The position numbers and the translations under genes were made by a program. A DNA stretch of 64,000 nt from an uncultured Actinomycetes bacterium. Lineage in GTDB: Bacteria; Actinomycetota; Acidimicrobiia; IMCC26256; JBBRZM01. Of the stretch, positions 30,522 to 39,451 are shown piece after piece. Location: the NCBI GenBank assembly GCA_963813635.1, contig CAWEZO010000011.1:618220-682219 (forward strand), given 5' to 3'. The notes beneath the pieces are model-generated. The model saw nothing but the letters and a program-made list of their open reading frames with translations. It searched no databases and was not told the DNA's origin. Each line of letters begins with the position of its first letter. Position 1 is the first letter of the stretch.

Positions 30522-32150
30522 TCAGTCGCGGTCGGGCGGCTCCGTAGCGGGTTCGCCGGCGGCGAGCGCCTCCTGGCCGACCAGCAATGCCAGCCGGGCA
30601 GCCCGGGCGACCTCGTCGATCTGCGCCTGGAGCTCCGCCCGCTCGAGCGCGTCGAGCCGAGCGGTCAGCTCGCGGAAGCCGGCATCGACACGCTCCGACA
30701 GCTCGGCAAGCGTCCGTCGCAGCTCGTCGTCGCTCTCGGCGAGCGCCTGCGTGACGTCTTGGAGCCGCTGTTGTTGCTGGGTCTCGTAGTGCGACAGCGC
30801 GCGCAGCACCAGCCGTCGGGCTTGCAGCGACGTCGAGCGCCCGGTAGTTCCGATAGTCGGGCGGCGAGCGGCGGCGTCGAGCGCGCGTTGCGTCGCCGAC
30901 GGCGGCTGAACCAGGGCCGGAGCCGGGTCGGGCGCGCTCGATTCGTCGCTCACGACCGCGGCGAGACGCGCGTCGACGAGCCCGGCGTCGGTGACGTAGC
31001 GGCAGTAGGCGGCGCCGTCGTCGCCGAGCAGGTCGGGGAAGACACGCTGAAAGTCGGGCCGTTCGGCGTGCATCGCCGCGAGATAGCGCGTCAGGCCCGG
31101 GAAGGCCGATTCGGGTACCGGCTCGTTGAGCCAGGCGAGGAAGGCGGTCGCGCCACCGGCCGTGAACGGGTCGGCGATGTCTCCGTCTTCATCGGGGCCC
31201 GCCGCGACGAGCCGCTCACGATGCAGGCGGCGCATGGTCGCGTCGAGCCGCAGTCGGTTCGCGGTGTGGGCCCACCCGTAGGGCACGGGTTGTTCGTCGT
31301 AGCTGCACTCCGCGAGCCGGCGCGCGTAGTGCATGCACAACCGCGCGAGGCCGCGGTCGACATCGGGGTCGATGCGACTGCGGTTCTCCTGGTACTTGCT
31401 GAGCCGGTAGGGCTCGTCGGGGTTGAAGCCGCTGAAGTGGAAGAAGTGCAACGGTGCGCCGCCCGCCTCGTACCCGTCACCGGTCCACTCGATCGGCCGC
31501 TGATCGATGTTCCAGTACGCGACGTTGTAGCCGGGGTCTCGTAACGCATACACGCCGAAGTACGCCGGCGCGAGGTCGACCCATCGCTGGTCGACGTGAA
31601 GCCCCTCGTCCTGATCGAAGCGACAGTTCCAGCGCAGCCGGTCGTCCCACCAGCCGAGAAACGGCATGGCGTCGGCGCTCACCGAGATGAAGCCCAGGTT
31701 GTAGATCCCGGCACGCATGATCGTCGGCTCGTCGGGCAGCGCGTCGTCCTGGGCGATCGGCTCGAGATTGTGGGGTGTCAGCACGATGCCGTGCTGCTTC
31801 GTGAGGTCTTCGACCTCGTCGATGGGCGCGAAGAACTCGATGTCGGGATCGAGGAACGTGATCACGCCCGAACCGCGGTGCAGCAGCGTACGAAGCAGGG
31901 ACGGCTTGACGGCTGTCGACAGCTCGGCCACGTCGTAGATCGCGGCCATGTGGGCGACGGCGCGAGCGTCGATGTCAATGTCGTCGAGCGTGAGCACCTC
32001 GAAGCGCTCGGCCGACCAACGATCGGGATCGGCCGCGGCATCGACGAGCAGCACCGTGCAGGTGCCATCCGGGTGCTGCTCGCGGAACGAGTCGGCGAAC
32101 ACGCGAATCCGGGACAGATAGTTGGAGGCCGCGATCGTGCAGACGTGCAT
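30522..32150 (-). CDS. GT-A fold glycosyltransferase-like protein with C-terminal coiled coil
   Basis: CTIAASNYL, ELSTAVKP, FLDPDI (DxD), LTPH, GIYNLGF, DQRW, YNVAYWN, FFHFSG. Confidence 0.75.
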   Translation of the reverse strand: MHVCTIAASNYLSRIRVFADSFREQHPDGTCTVLLVDAAADPDRWSAERFEVLTLDDIDIDARAVAHMAAIYDVAELSTAVKPSLLRTLLHRGSGVITFLDPDIEFFAPIDEVEDLTKQHGIVLTPHNLEPIAQDDALPDEPTIMRAGIYNLGFISVSADAMPFLGWWDDRLRWNCRFDQDEGLHVDQRWVDLAPAYFGVYALRDPGYNVAYWNIDQRPIEWTGDGYEAGGAPLHFFHFSGFNPDEPYRLSKYQENRSRIDPDVDRGLARLCMHYARRLAECSYDEQPVPYGWAHTANRLRLDATMRRLHRERLVAAGPDEDGDIADPFTAGGATAFLAWLNEPVPESAFPGLTRYLAAMHAERPDFQRVFPDLLGDDGAAYCRYVTDAGLVDARLAAVVSDESSAPDPAPALVQPPSATQRALDAAARRPTIGTTGRSTSLQARRLVLRALSHYETQQQQRLQDVTQALAESDDELRRTLAELSERVDAGFRELTARLDALERAELQAQIDEVARAARLALLVGQEALAAGEPATEPPDRD

Positions 32151-32215
32151 GTCAGGGCACGATAGCGAGGATCGCGGATCGACCTCGTGACCGGCGTCCG
32201 TGCCAGGATGATGCC

Positions 32216-32305
32216 ATCAGTACCCGCACGCTCATCATCCTCTGTGTGCTCCTCGGTCTCGCGATCCTCGGGTTCTATGCCTTGCAAGTCCTCATTGCCG
32301 GCTGA
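32216..32305 (+). CDS. Candidate small single-TM protein (about 29 aa; canonical start missing)
   Basis: Frame reads ISTRTLIILCVLLGLAILGFYALQVLIAG-stop with mostly G/C third positions. Confidence 0.4.
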   Translation: MSTRTLIILCVLLGLAILGFYALQVLIAG

Positions 32306-32308
32306 GCC

Positions 32309-32340
32309 GCCGCCCCGGTAGGGAAGAATGGCGGGGCGGC
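32309..32340. other. 9-bp inverted repeat (hairpin) between the small ORF and lpdA
   Basis: gccgccccg-N14-cggggcggc. Confidence 0.5.
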
Positions 32341-32380
32341 CCGCACGCGGGAACGCGAGATGCCGGAGAGCAAGAAGGAG

Positions 32381-33776
32381 GTGGCCGCCCTGGCCGAGCA
32401 ATTCGACGTCGTGATCCTCGGAGGCGGCCCGGGCGGGTACGCGGCCGCCCTCTATGGCGCGGCTGCCGGACTGCACATCGCGATGGTGGAAGACCAGCGC
32501 GTCGGCGGCACGTGCCTGCATCGCGGTTGCATCCCCGCGAAGGAGTTGCTGCAGACGGCCGAAGTGCTGCGCACCGTGGCCGGCGCCAAGGAGTTCGGTG
32601 TCGACGCGGGCCAGCCCACCCTCGACCTCTCGACGAGCCAGGCGCGAAAGCAACAGGTCATCGACCGCCTCACCAAAGGTCTCGAGGGCCTGTTGAAGAA
32701 GCGGAAAGTGACGGTCGTCCCCGGCACCGGTTCCGTCATCGACGCGGCCGCGCGATACCTGCGGGTCTCGGATGGCACGGAGCTCAAAGGCAACGCGCTC
32801 GGTGCTCGCAACCGGCTCGCTCCCGCGGTCGCTACCGGGCATGAACTTCGATGGCCGGCGCATCCTGTCGTCCGACGACGTGCTCGTGCTCGACGAGGTG
32901 CCGGCACGCGTCGCGATCATCGGCGGCGGCGCGATCGGGTGCGAGTTCGCGTCGATGCTGGGCGACTACGGGAGCGACGTGACCGTGCTCGAAGCGCTCC
33001 CCGAGATCCTCCCCGGTGTCGACCCTGCTGGGTCCAAAGTGGTGGCGCGCTCGTTCAAGAAGCGTCGCATCAAAGTGCACACCGCCGCCGTCGTCACCGG
33101 TGTCACCGGCGACGCCGAGCTCACTGTCGCCTTCACAATCGACAAGAAACCCCAGGAGGCGGTCGTCGACCGCGTCATCTTGAGCGTGGGCCGTCGCCCG
33201 CGCTCCGAGGGCATCGGTCTCGAAGACTCCGGCGTCGAGGTCGACGGCCGGGGCTTCGTCGTCGTCGATGACCACCTGCGCACCTCGGTGCCCGACGTGT
33301 ACGCGGTCGGTGACCTCGTTGCCGGTCCACAACTCGCCCACGTCGGCTTTGCCGAGGCGATCGTCGCGATCAAGACAATCCTCGGCGAGCCGGCGACTCC
33401 GATCGACTACGACAAGGTGCCGTGGGGGATCTATTGCCGTCCCGAGGTGGCCTTCGCAGGGCTCACGGAGCAGATGGCGCGTGACCGCGGCCATGACGTC
33501 GTCACCTCGGTGCATCATTTCGTGGGCAACGGTCGCGCGCTGATCATCGGCGAACCCGAGGGGCTCGTGAAGATCGTCGCCGAGCGCGATGGGCCAATCC
33601 TCGGCGTCCACTTGGTCGGCCCGTGGGCGACCGAGCTGCTCGCCGAGGGCTATCTCGCGGTCAACTGGGAAGCGACGGCGACCGATCTCGGCGCGCTGAT
33701 CCATCCGCATCCCACGTTGAGCGAGGTGTTCGGCGAAGCCGCTCTCGCGCTCACCGGGCGCGGGCTGCACGGCTGA
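32381..33776 (+). CDS. lpdA: Dihydrolipoyl dehydrogenase (frameshift near 32795)
   Basis: GGGPGGY, GGTCLHRGCIPAK, IGGGAIGCE, HPHPTLSE; aaggag RBS-like sequence at the 5' end. Confidence 0.95.
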
Positions 33777-33793
33777 AGCATCCGGAGGTACGA

Positions 33794-35188
33794 GTGGACA
33801 TCACGATGCCGCAGTTGGGCGAGACGGTCACCGAGGGCACGATCACGCGGTGGTTCAAACAGGTGGGTGAGCGCGTCGAAGCCGACGAGCCGTTGTTCGA
33901 GGTGTCGACCGACAAGGTCGACTCCGAGGTGCCGGCACCGAGTGCCGGATTTCTCGCCGAGATCGTCGTGCCCGAGGGCGATACCGCCGACGTCGGCGCG
34001 CGGCTCGCGGTGCTCTCCGACGACGCGCCCGCGAGAGCGACAACGCCCGCGCCACCGGAAGCGAGCGCAGAAGCGCCCCCGGAAGCGAGCGCAGCCGCGC
34101 CGCCGGCCGGGACGCCCGCGCCGGAGCCGCCTCCGCCGGCGAAGGCCGCCGCCCCGGAGCCCGCGGCCGAGCCGGAGCCCGCGGCCGCGGCACCTGCACC
34201 GCCGAAGGCCGAGGCACAGGCCGCACCTCCGCCGGCTGCGCCTCAGGCGCCTGCGCCGCGGGCTGTTGTGCAGCAACTCGGCGCCGGAGTCGTGACGTCC
34301 CCGGTCGTGCGGCGGCTGATCGCCGAGCGGGGCCTCGACCCGTCCACGATCACCGGCACGGGCGAAGGTGGTCGCATCACACGTCGCGACGTGCTGGCCG
34401 CGTCGCCGGCTACCGGCGCGCCGGGCGCGGCAACGCGCCCGGCCGTTCCGGAGACCGCGCCGGCCGTGCGCCGTGGTGACGAGCGAATCCCGTTCGACAA
34501 CATCCGGCGGCGCACCGCCGAGCACATGGTGCGGTCCAGGGCGACCAGCGCGCACGTGTACACCTCGGTGGAGGTCGACTTCGAGCGCGTCGACCGGGTG
34601 CGCGCCGCGCACCAGGCGGAGTGGAAGGAACGGGAGGGCTTCTCGCTCACGTACCTTCCGTTCATCGTGCGCGCATTCTGTGACACGGTCGACGAGTTCC
34701 CGCATATCAACGCGAGCATCGACGGCGAGACGCTCGTCGTGCACCACGACGTGCACCTCGGCATCGGGGTCGATCTCGACTTCCACGGTCTGATCGCGCC
34801 GGTGATCCGTGATGTCGACGGCAAGCGGCTCCGGTTGATCGCACGCGAGATTCGCGACCTCGCCCGTCGCGCGCGCACGAAGCAGCTGTCGCCCGACGAA
34901 GTGCTCGGTGGCACGTTCACCATCACCAACCCGGGGCCGTTCGGCTCGTACATGACGCTGCCGATCATCAACCAGCCCCAGGTTGCGATCCTCTCGACCG
35001 ACGGCGTGGCCAAGCGCCCCGTCGTGATCGAGGGTCCCGACGGCGACGATGCGGTCGCGATCCATCCCGTGGCGATCCTCGCCCTGGCCTGGGACCACCG
35101 CGCCGTCGACGGCGCCTACGCCTCCGCGTTCCTCCGCGGGCTGAAGCACGTGCTCGAGACCCGCGACTGGAACCCCGAGCTCGCATGA
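33794..35188 (+). CDS. dlaT: 2-oxoacid dehydrogenase E2 dihydrolipoamide acyltransferase (one lipoyl domain)
   Basis: MPQLGETVTEG, STDKVDSE, Pro/Ala linker, GTGEGGRITR, DHRAVDG; ggagg RBS. Confidence 0.9.
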   Translation: MDITMPQLGETVTEGTITRWFKQVGERVEADEPLFEVSTDKVDSEVPAPSAGFLAEIVVPEGDTADVGARLAVLSDDAPARATTPAPPEASAEAPPEASAAAPPAGTPAPEPPPPAKAAAPEPAAEPEPAAAAPAPPKAEAQAAPPPAAPQAPAPRAVVQQLGAGVVTSPVVRRLIAERGLDPSTITGTGEGGRITRRDVLAASPATGAPGAATRPAVPETAPAVRRGDERIPFDNIRRRTAEHMVRSRATSAHVYTSVEVDFERVDRVRAAHQAEWKEREGFSLTYLPFIVRAFCDTVDEFPHINASIDGETLVVHHDVHLGIGVDLDFHGLIAPVIRDVDGKRLRLIAREIRDLARRARTKQLSPDEVLGGTFTITNPGPFGSYMTLPIINQPQVAILSTDGVAKRPVVIEGPDGDDAVAIHPVAILALAWDHRAVDGAYASAFLRGLKHVLETRDWNPELA

Positions 35189-36873
35189 ACGTTCACCAAA
35201 CGCTTCGGGTGCGGTGGCTCGGGCGGGTCGCGTACCGGGAGGCCGATGACCTCCAGCGGGCGCTGCTCGAGCATGCGGCCGACGACTACCTGTTGCTGCT
35301 GGAGCACCCCCACGTGTACACGCTCGGGAAGCGGGCCTCACTCGACCACGTGCTGACGCCGCCCGCGTCGGTCGGCGCGGAGCTCGTGCATGCCGACCGC
35401 GGCGGCGACGTCACGTATCACGGACCGGGCCAGCTCGTCGGCTACCCGATCGTCACGCTGCCGCCGTGGAAGGCCGGCCAGCGCGACGTCGTCGCGTACG
35501 TCCGAAAGCTCGAAGGAGTGCTGATCGACGCCCTGGCGGAGCTCGGCGTCGAAGCGGGGCGGGTCGACGGTTACACCGGCGTCTGGGCCGGCGCCGAGAA
35601 GATCGCCGCCATCGGTGTGCGCGTCGTGCAGGGTCGCACGCGCCACGGCTTCGCGCTCAACGTCGATCCCGACCTCACGATGTTCGACCACATCGTGCCG
35701 TGCGGCATCTCCGACCGCGGTGTGACGTCGCTCGCCCGCCTGCTGCCCGAGGCGCCGAGCATGCGCCACGTCGTCGACGTGATCACCGCCAGGTTCGTCG
35801 AGCAGTTCCCGTACGACGAGATCGAGCGCGAGGCCGTCGTGTGGCGCGAGCAGCCATCCGATCTGGCGGCGTTCACGCGCACCGCGATGCACGACGGAGG
35901 GTCCGCGCCGCCGGTCACGATCGCTCCGGTGCGCCTGCTCGGACGGCTTGCGGAAGCGGGCGTCGACGCGCCGCCGGCCGATCCGGCGTTGCGCCGGCCG
36001 CCGTGGATGCGGGTACGCGCCGACCTCGGGCCCAACTACCGCGAGACCAAACGGCTGATGCGCACGCTCGACCTCCACACCGTGTGCGAGTCGGCCGGCT
36101 GCCCCAACATCTACGAGTGCTGGGCCGACAAGACCGCGACGTTCATGATCCTCGGCGAACGATGCACGCGCGCGTGCGGCTTCTGTCTCGTTGACACCCG
36201 TCATCCGCTGCCGCTCGACGCCGGCGAACCGGCCCGCGTGGCGGATGCCGTCGCGACGCTCGGGCTCGAGCACGCGGTGGTCACGAGTGTGGCGCGCGAC
36301 GACGTGCCCGACGGCGGCGCTGCGCTCTTCGCGGCCACGATCCACGCCATCCGCGTCCGAATGCCCGGCACGCGCGTCGAGGTGCTGATCCCCGACTGCA
36401 AGGGCGACGACAGCGCGCTCAGCACCGTCTTCGACGCTCGTCCCGACGTGCTGAACCACAACCTCGAAACGGTCGCGCGCCTCCAGCGTGCGGCGCGGCC
36501 GTCGGCCGGTTACGCGCGATCACTCACAGTCCTCGCGCGCGCGAAACGCGCCGGGCTCGTGACCAAGTCCAGCATCATCCTCGGCATGGGCGAGACCGAC
36601 GACGAGCTGCGCGGCGCGATCGCCGATCTGCGCTCGGTCGGCGTCGACATCCTCACGCTCGGCCAGTACCTCCAGCCGACCTCGCGGCATCTGCCCGTCG
36701 TGAAGTGGTGGCATCCCGACGAGTTCACCGCGCTCGGCTCGTACGCACGGTCACTCGGCTTCACCCACGTCGAGGCCGGGCCGCTCGTGCGTTCGAGCTA
36801 CCACGCGAAGACAGCCGCCAACGCGACCGCGCGGCATGCGGTCGACGTCGGCCGGTCTGCCCGCCTGAGCTGA
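35185..36873 (+). CDS. lipA: Fused octanoyltransferase (LipB) and lipoyl synthase (LipA)
   Basis: RGGDVTYHGPGQ, KIAAIG, HGFALN, PCG, then CESAGCPNIYEC, CTRACGFC and RSSY in one ORF. Confidence 0.9.
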   Translation: MNVHQTLRVRWLGRVAYREADDLQRALLEHAADDYLLLLEHPHVYTLGKRASLDHVLTPPASVGAELVHADRGGDVTYHGPGQLVGYPIVTLPPWKAGQRDVVAYVRKLEGVLIDALAELGVEAGRVDGYTGVWAGAEKIAAIGVRVVQGRTRHGFALNVDPDLTMFDHIVPCGISDRGVTSLARLLPEAPSMRHVVDVITARFVEQFPYDEIEREAVVWREQPSDLAAFTRTAMHDGGSAPPVTIAPVRLLGRLAEAGVDAPPADPALRRPPWMRVRADLGPNYRETKRLMRTLDLHTVCESAGCPNIYECWADKTATFMILGERCTRACGFCLVDTRHPLPLDAGEPARVADAVATLGLEHAVVTSVARDDVPDGGAALFAATIHAIRVRMPGTRVEVLIPDCKGDDSALSTVFDARPDVLNHNLETVARLQRAARPSAGYARSLTVLARAKRAGLVTKSSIILGMGETDDELRGAIADLRSVGVDILTLGQYLQPTSRHLPVVKWWHPDEFTALGSYARSLGFTHVEAGPLVRSSYHAKTAANATARHAVDVGRSARLS

Positions 36874-37412
36874 TGGCAACGGTCCGCGACCGCATCACCG
36901 ACAACATCGCCGCCTTCATCTCGAAACAGCACGTGTTCTTCGTCGCCACCGCGCCCGGCGGTGCCGGCGGTCACGTCAATCTGTCGCCCAAGGGCCTTGA
37001 CACCTTCAAGATTGTCGACGATCACACCGTTGCGTACATGGATCTGACGGGGAGCGGGGTCGAGACGATCGCCCATCTCCGCGAGAACGGCCGGATCACG
37101 ATCATGTTCTGCGCCTTCGACGGCAATCCCGAGATCGTGCGCCTCTCCGGCCGTGGCGAGGTGATACCGCTCGGTACGAGCGAAGCCGCCGCGCTGCTCG
37201 GCGGGCTGCCGGGATTGCCGGGCGCGCGCTCGGCGATCAAGGTCACGGTCGATCGCGTCTCGACGTCGTGTGGTTACGGCGTTCCGCTCATGCACTACGA
37301 GACCGACCGGTCGAAGCTGCTCGAGTGGGCCGAGAAGAAGGGTCACGACGGTCTTTCCGAGTACCGGGCGGACAAGAACGCGAAGAGCATCGACGGCCTT
37401 CCCGGTCTCTGA
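36873..37412 (+). CDS. Pyridoxamine 5'-phosphate oxidase family (FMN-binding split barrel) protein
   Basis: FFVATAP, NLSPKG, DLTGSGVETIAH, GRITIMFCAF, SCGYGVP, SIDGLP. Confidence 0.85.
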   Translation: MATVRDRITDNIAAFISKQHVFFVATAPGGAGGHVNLSPKGLDTFKIVDDHTVAYMDLTGSGVETIAHLRENGRITIMFCAFDGNPEIVRLSGRGEVIPLGTSEAAALLGGLPGLPGARSAIKVTVDRVSTSCGYGVPLMHYETDRSKLLEWAEKKGHDGLSEYRADKNAKSIDGLPGL

Positions 37413-37444
37413 GCGCCGTCGACGCGTTCCGCCGTCGACGGCGC
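37413..37444 (+). terminator. GC-rich hairpin, possible intrinsic terminator without U-tract
   Basis: gcgccgtcgacg-N8-cgtcgacggcgc, 12-bp perfect arms right after the stop codon. Confidence 0.55.
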
Positions 37445-37466
37445 GCGCCTCTACGCTGACGCGCTG

Positions 37467-38552
37467 ATGTACACGTCACGCATGGCCCGGGCGCGAGCAC
37501 GCATGGAGGAGATCGGCGTCGACGCGCTGCTGCTCTCCGTGGGCGCCGACCTGCCGTATCTCACCGGCTACGAGGCGATGCCGCTCGAGCGCCTGACCAT
37601 GCTGGTGCTGCCGCGAGAACGCGACGCGACGTTGATCGTGCCCGCGCTCGAGGCGCCACGCGTCGTCGAACGCCCCGACGTGTTCGTGACGCGACCGTGG
37701 CAAGAGACCGACGATCCCGTCGCGATCGTCGCCGGGCTGGTGGGGAAGTCCGCCGTTGCCGCAGTCGGCGACCAGACCTGGGCGCGCTTCGTGCTCGATC
37801 TCCAGCACGTGCTCCCCGACACGCGGTTCCGCAAGGCTAGCGATGTGACGCGCCCGCTTCGTATCGTGAAGGACGCGGCCGAGGTCGACGCGCTCCGCGC
37901 CGCCGCCCGTGCCGTCGACGACGTCGCGGCTGCGATGCGCACGCGTCCGTTCGGCGGTCGCACCGAGGCCGACGTGCACCGCGAGCTGGTGGAGCGCATG
38001 CTCGAGCTCGGCCACGAGCGGGCCAACTTCGCCATTGTGGCATCCGGACCCAACGCCGCCAGCCCCCACCACGACGCGGGCAACCGCGCGATCGCCGACG
38101 GCGACGTCGTGCTCTGTGACTTCGGCGGATCGCGCGCCGGGTACTGCTCCGACATCACACGCATGTACGCGGTCGGTGAGCCGTCCGACCCCGAAGTGCG
38201 GGAGGCCTACGCAGTGCTCGCCGACGCGCAGGAGCAAGCGGTGCGCGCCGCCATGGTCGGCACCACGTGCGAAGCGGTCGACGCGACCGCACGGCGCGTC
38301 ATCGCCGCCGCGGGCTACGGCGACCGGTTCATCCACCGCACCGGTCACGGCATCGGCGTCGAGGCGCACGAAGATCCGTACCTCGTCGAAGGCAACGCCG
38401 CGCCCCTCGAAGCCGGCAACGCGTTCAGCATCGAGCCCGGCATCTACCTGCCCGGTCGTTTCGGCTTGCGCCTCGAAGACATCGTGGTTGCCACGCCCGC
38501 GGGGCCCGAGCGGCTCAACCGGGCCGAGCGCGACCTTGCTGTCGTCGCCTGA
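37467..38552 (+). CDS. Xaa-Pro peptidase family (M24B)
   Basis: SPHH, DFGG, YCSDITR, HRTGHGIG, HEDPY, SIEPGIY, RLEDI. Confidence 0.9.
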   Translation: MYTSRMARARARMEEIGVDALLLSVGADLPYLTGYEAMPLERLTMLVLPRERDATLIVPALEAPRVVERPDVFVTRPWQETDDPVAIVAGLVGKSAVAAVGDQTWARFVLDLQHVLPDTRFRKASDVTRPLRIVKDAAEVDALRAAARAVDDVAAAMRTRPFGGRTEADVHRELVERMLELGHERANFAIVASGPNAASPHHDAGNRAIADGDVVLCDFGGSRAGYCSDITRMYAVGEPSDPEVREAYAVLADAQEQAVRAAMVGTTCEAVDATARRVIAAAGYGDRFIHRTGHGIGVEAHEDPYLVEGNAAPLEAGNAFSIEPGIYLPGRFGLRLEDIVVATPAGPERLNRAERDLAVVA

Positions 38553-38567
38553 CCGGGACGCCGGCCG

Positions 38568-39449
38568 GTGATGCGTCTCGACCTGCCGACGGTGCTCCTG
38601 CAGTGGGCGACCGGCGGGCTCCTGTTCCTGTGGGTCACGACCCGTCGGCGCGAAGTCGGTCTGGGATACGGCTGGTTGCTGCGCAGCTCGTACGGCGCGC
38701 TCGCGCTGATCGGACTGGTAGCCGGGCTCGCGGCCCACGATCACGGTGCCGGCGCGACGCTGCGTAACTTCGGCAACGCGGGAGTGGTGCTCGGCGCGGG
38801 TACCGCGCTCGCGGTCTCGGTCGTGCTGCGGTCGGCCGGTGTGTCGGGCCAGCGGGCGCGGCGCGCGGCAAAGGCGCAACGGGTCGCCGCGATGACGCAG
38901 CGCGAGCCGAACGCCGTCGATGCGGAATCGCCGGCCGACGGCGCGCGAGCGACGGAGTTTCCACCCGCGCTCGACCTGCTCGCACCGACAGTGGGCCTGG
39001 CCGGGATCCTCGGCGCCGCGTCAGTCGCCGGCGGCCCGTATGGCCAGAGCGCGCTGCGACTCGTCATCGGCGCGCTGTTCCTGGGCGTGATCAGCGACGC
39101 CATGCTCCTGGGCCACTGGTACCTGGTGCAACCCGGTCTCGGCCGTGAGCCGCTCAAGGAGCTCGTGCGGCTGGTCGGGTGGATCTGGCCGTTCGAAGTC
39201 GCCGCGTTCCTGTGGCCGATCGGCATGCTCCAAGTGCTCAGCGGGTCGATCAGCGACGGGTATCACGGATTGCTCGGCTACACGTGGGTGGTGTGCGCGT
39301 TGACCACCATCGCGCTCGTCGGCGTCACGTGGCTTGCGTTACGAGAGCGCTACTACTCCGCAGTGATGGCGGCGACAGGCTTGCTGTACCTCGCGATCCT
39401 CACCGCCTTCGGCACCGATCTCGTTGCGCGCGCGGTGCTTGCGAGCTGA
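38568..39449 (+). CDS. Multi-pass membrane hypothetical protein
   Basis: About 8 TM segments; DAMLLGHWYLV and YSAVMAATGLLY motifs. Confidence 0.75.
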   Translation: MMRLDLPTVLLQWATGGLLFLWVTTRRREVGLGYGWLLRSSYGALALIGLVAGLAAHDHGAGATLRNFGNAGVVLGAGTALAVSVVLRSAGVSGQRARRAAKAQRVAAMTQREPNAVDAESPADGARATEFPPALDLLAPTVGLAGILGAASVAGGPYGQSALRLVIGALFLGVISDAMLLGHWYLVQPGLGREPLKELVRLVGWIWPFEVAAFLWPIGMLQVLSGSISDGYHGLLGYTWVVCALTTIALVGVTWLALRERYYSAVMAATGLLYLAILTAFGTDLVARAVLAS

Positions 39450-39451
39450 GG

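Noticed and set aside
34055-34094. 16-bp direct repeat in the E2 gene
   Set aside because: Encodes PEASA twice in the ordinary Pro/Ala linker
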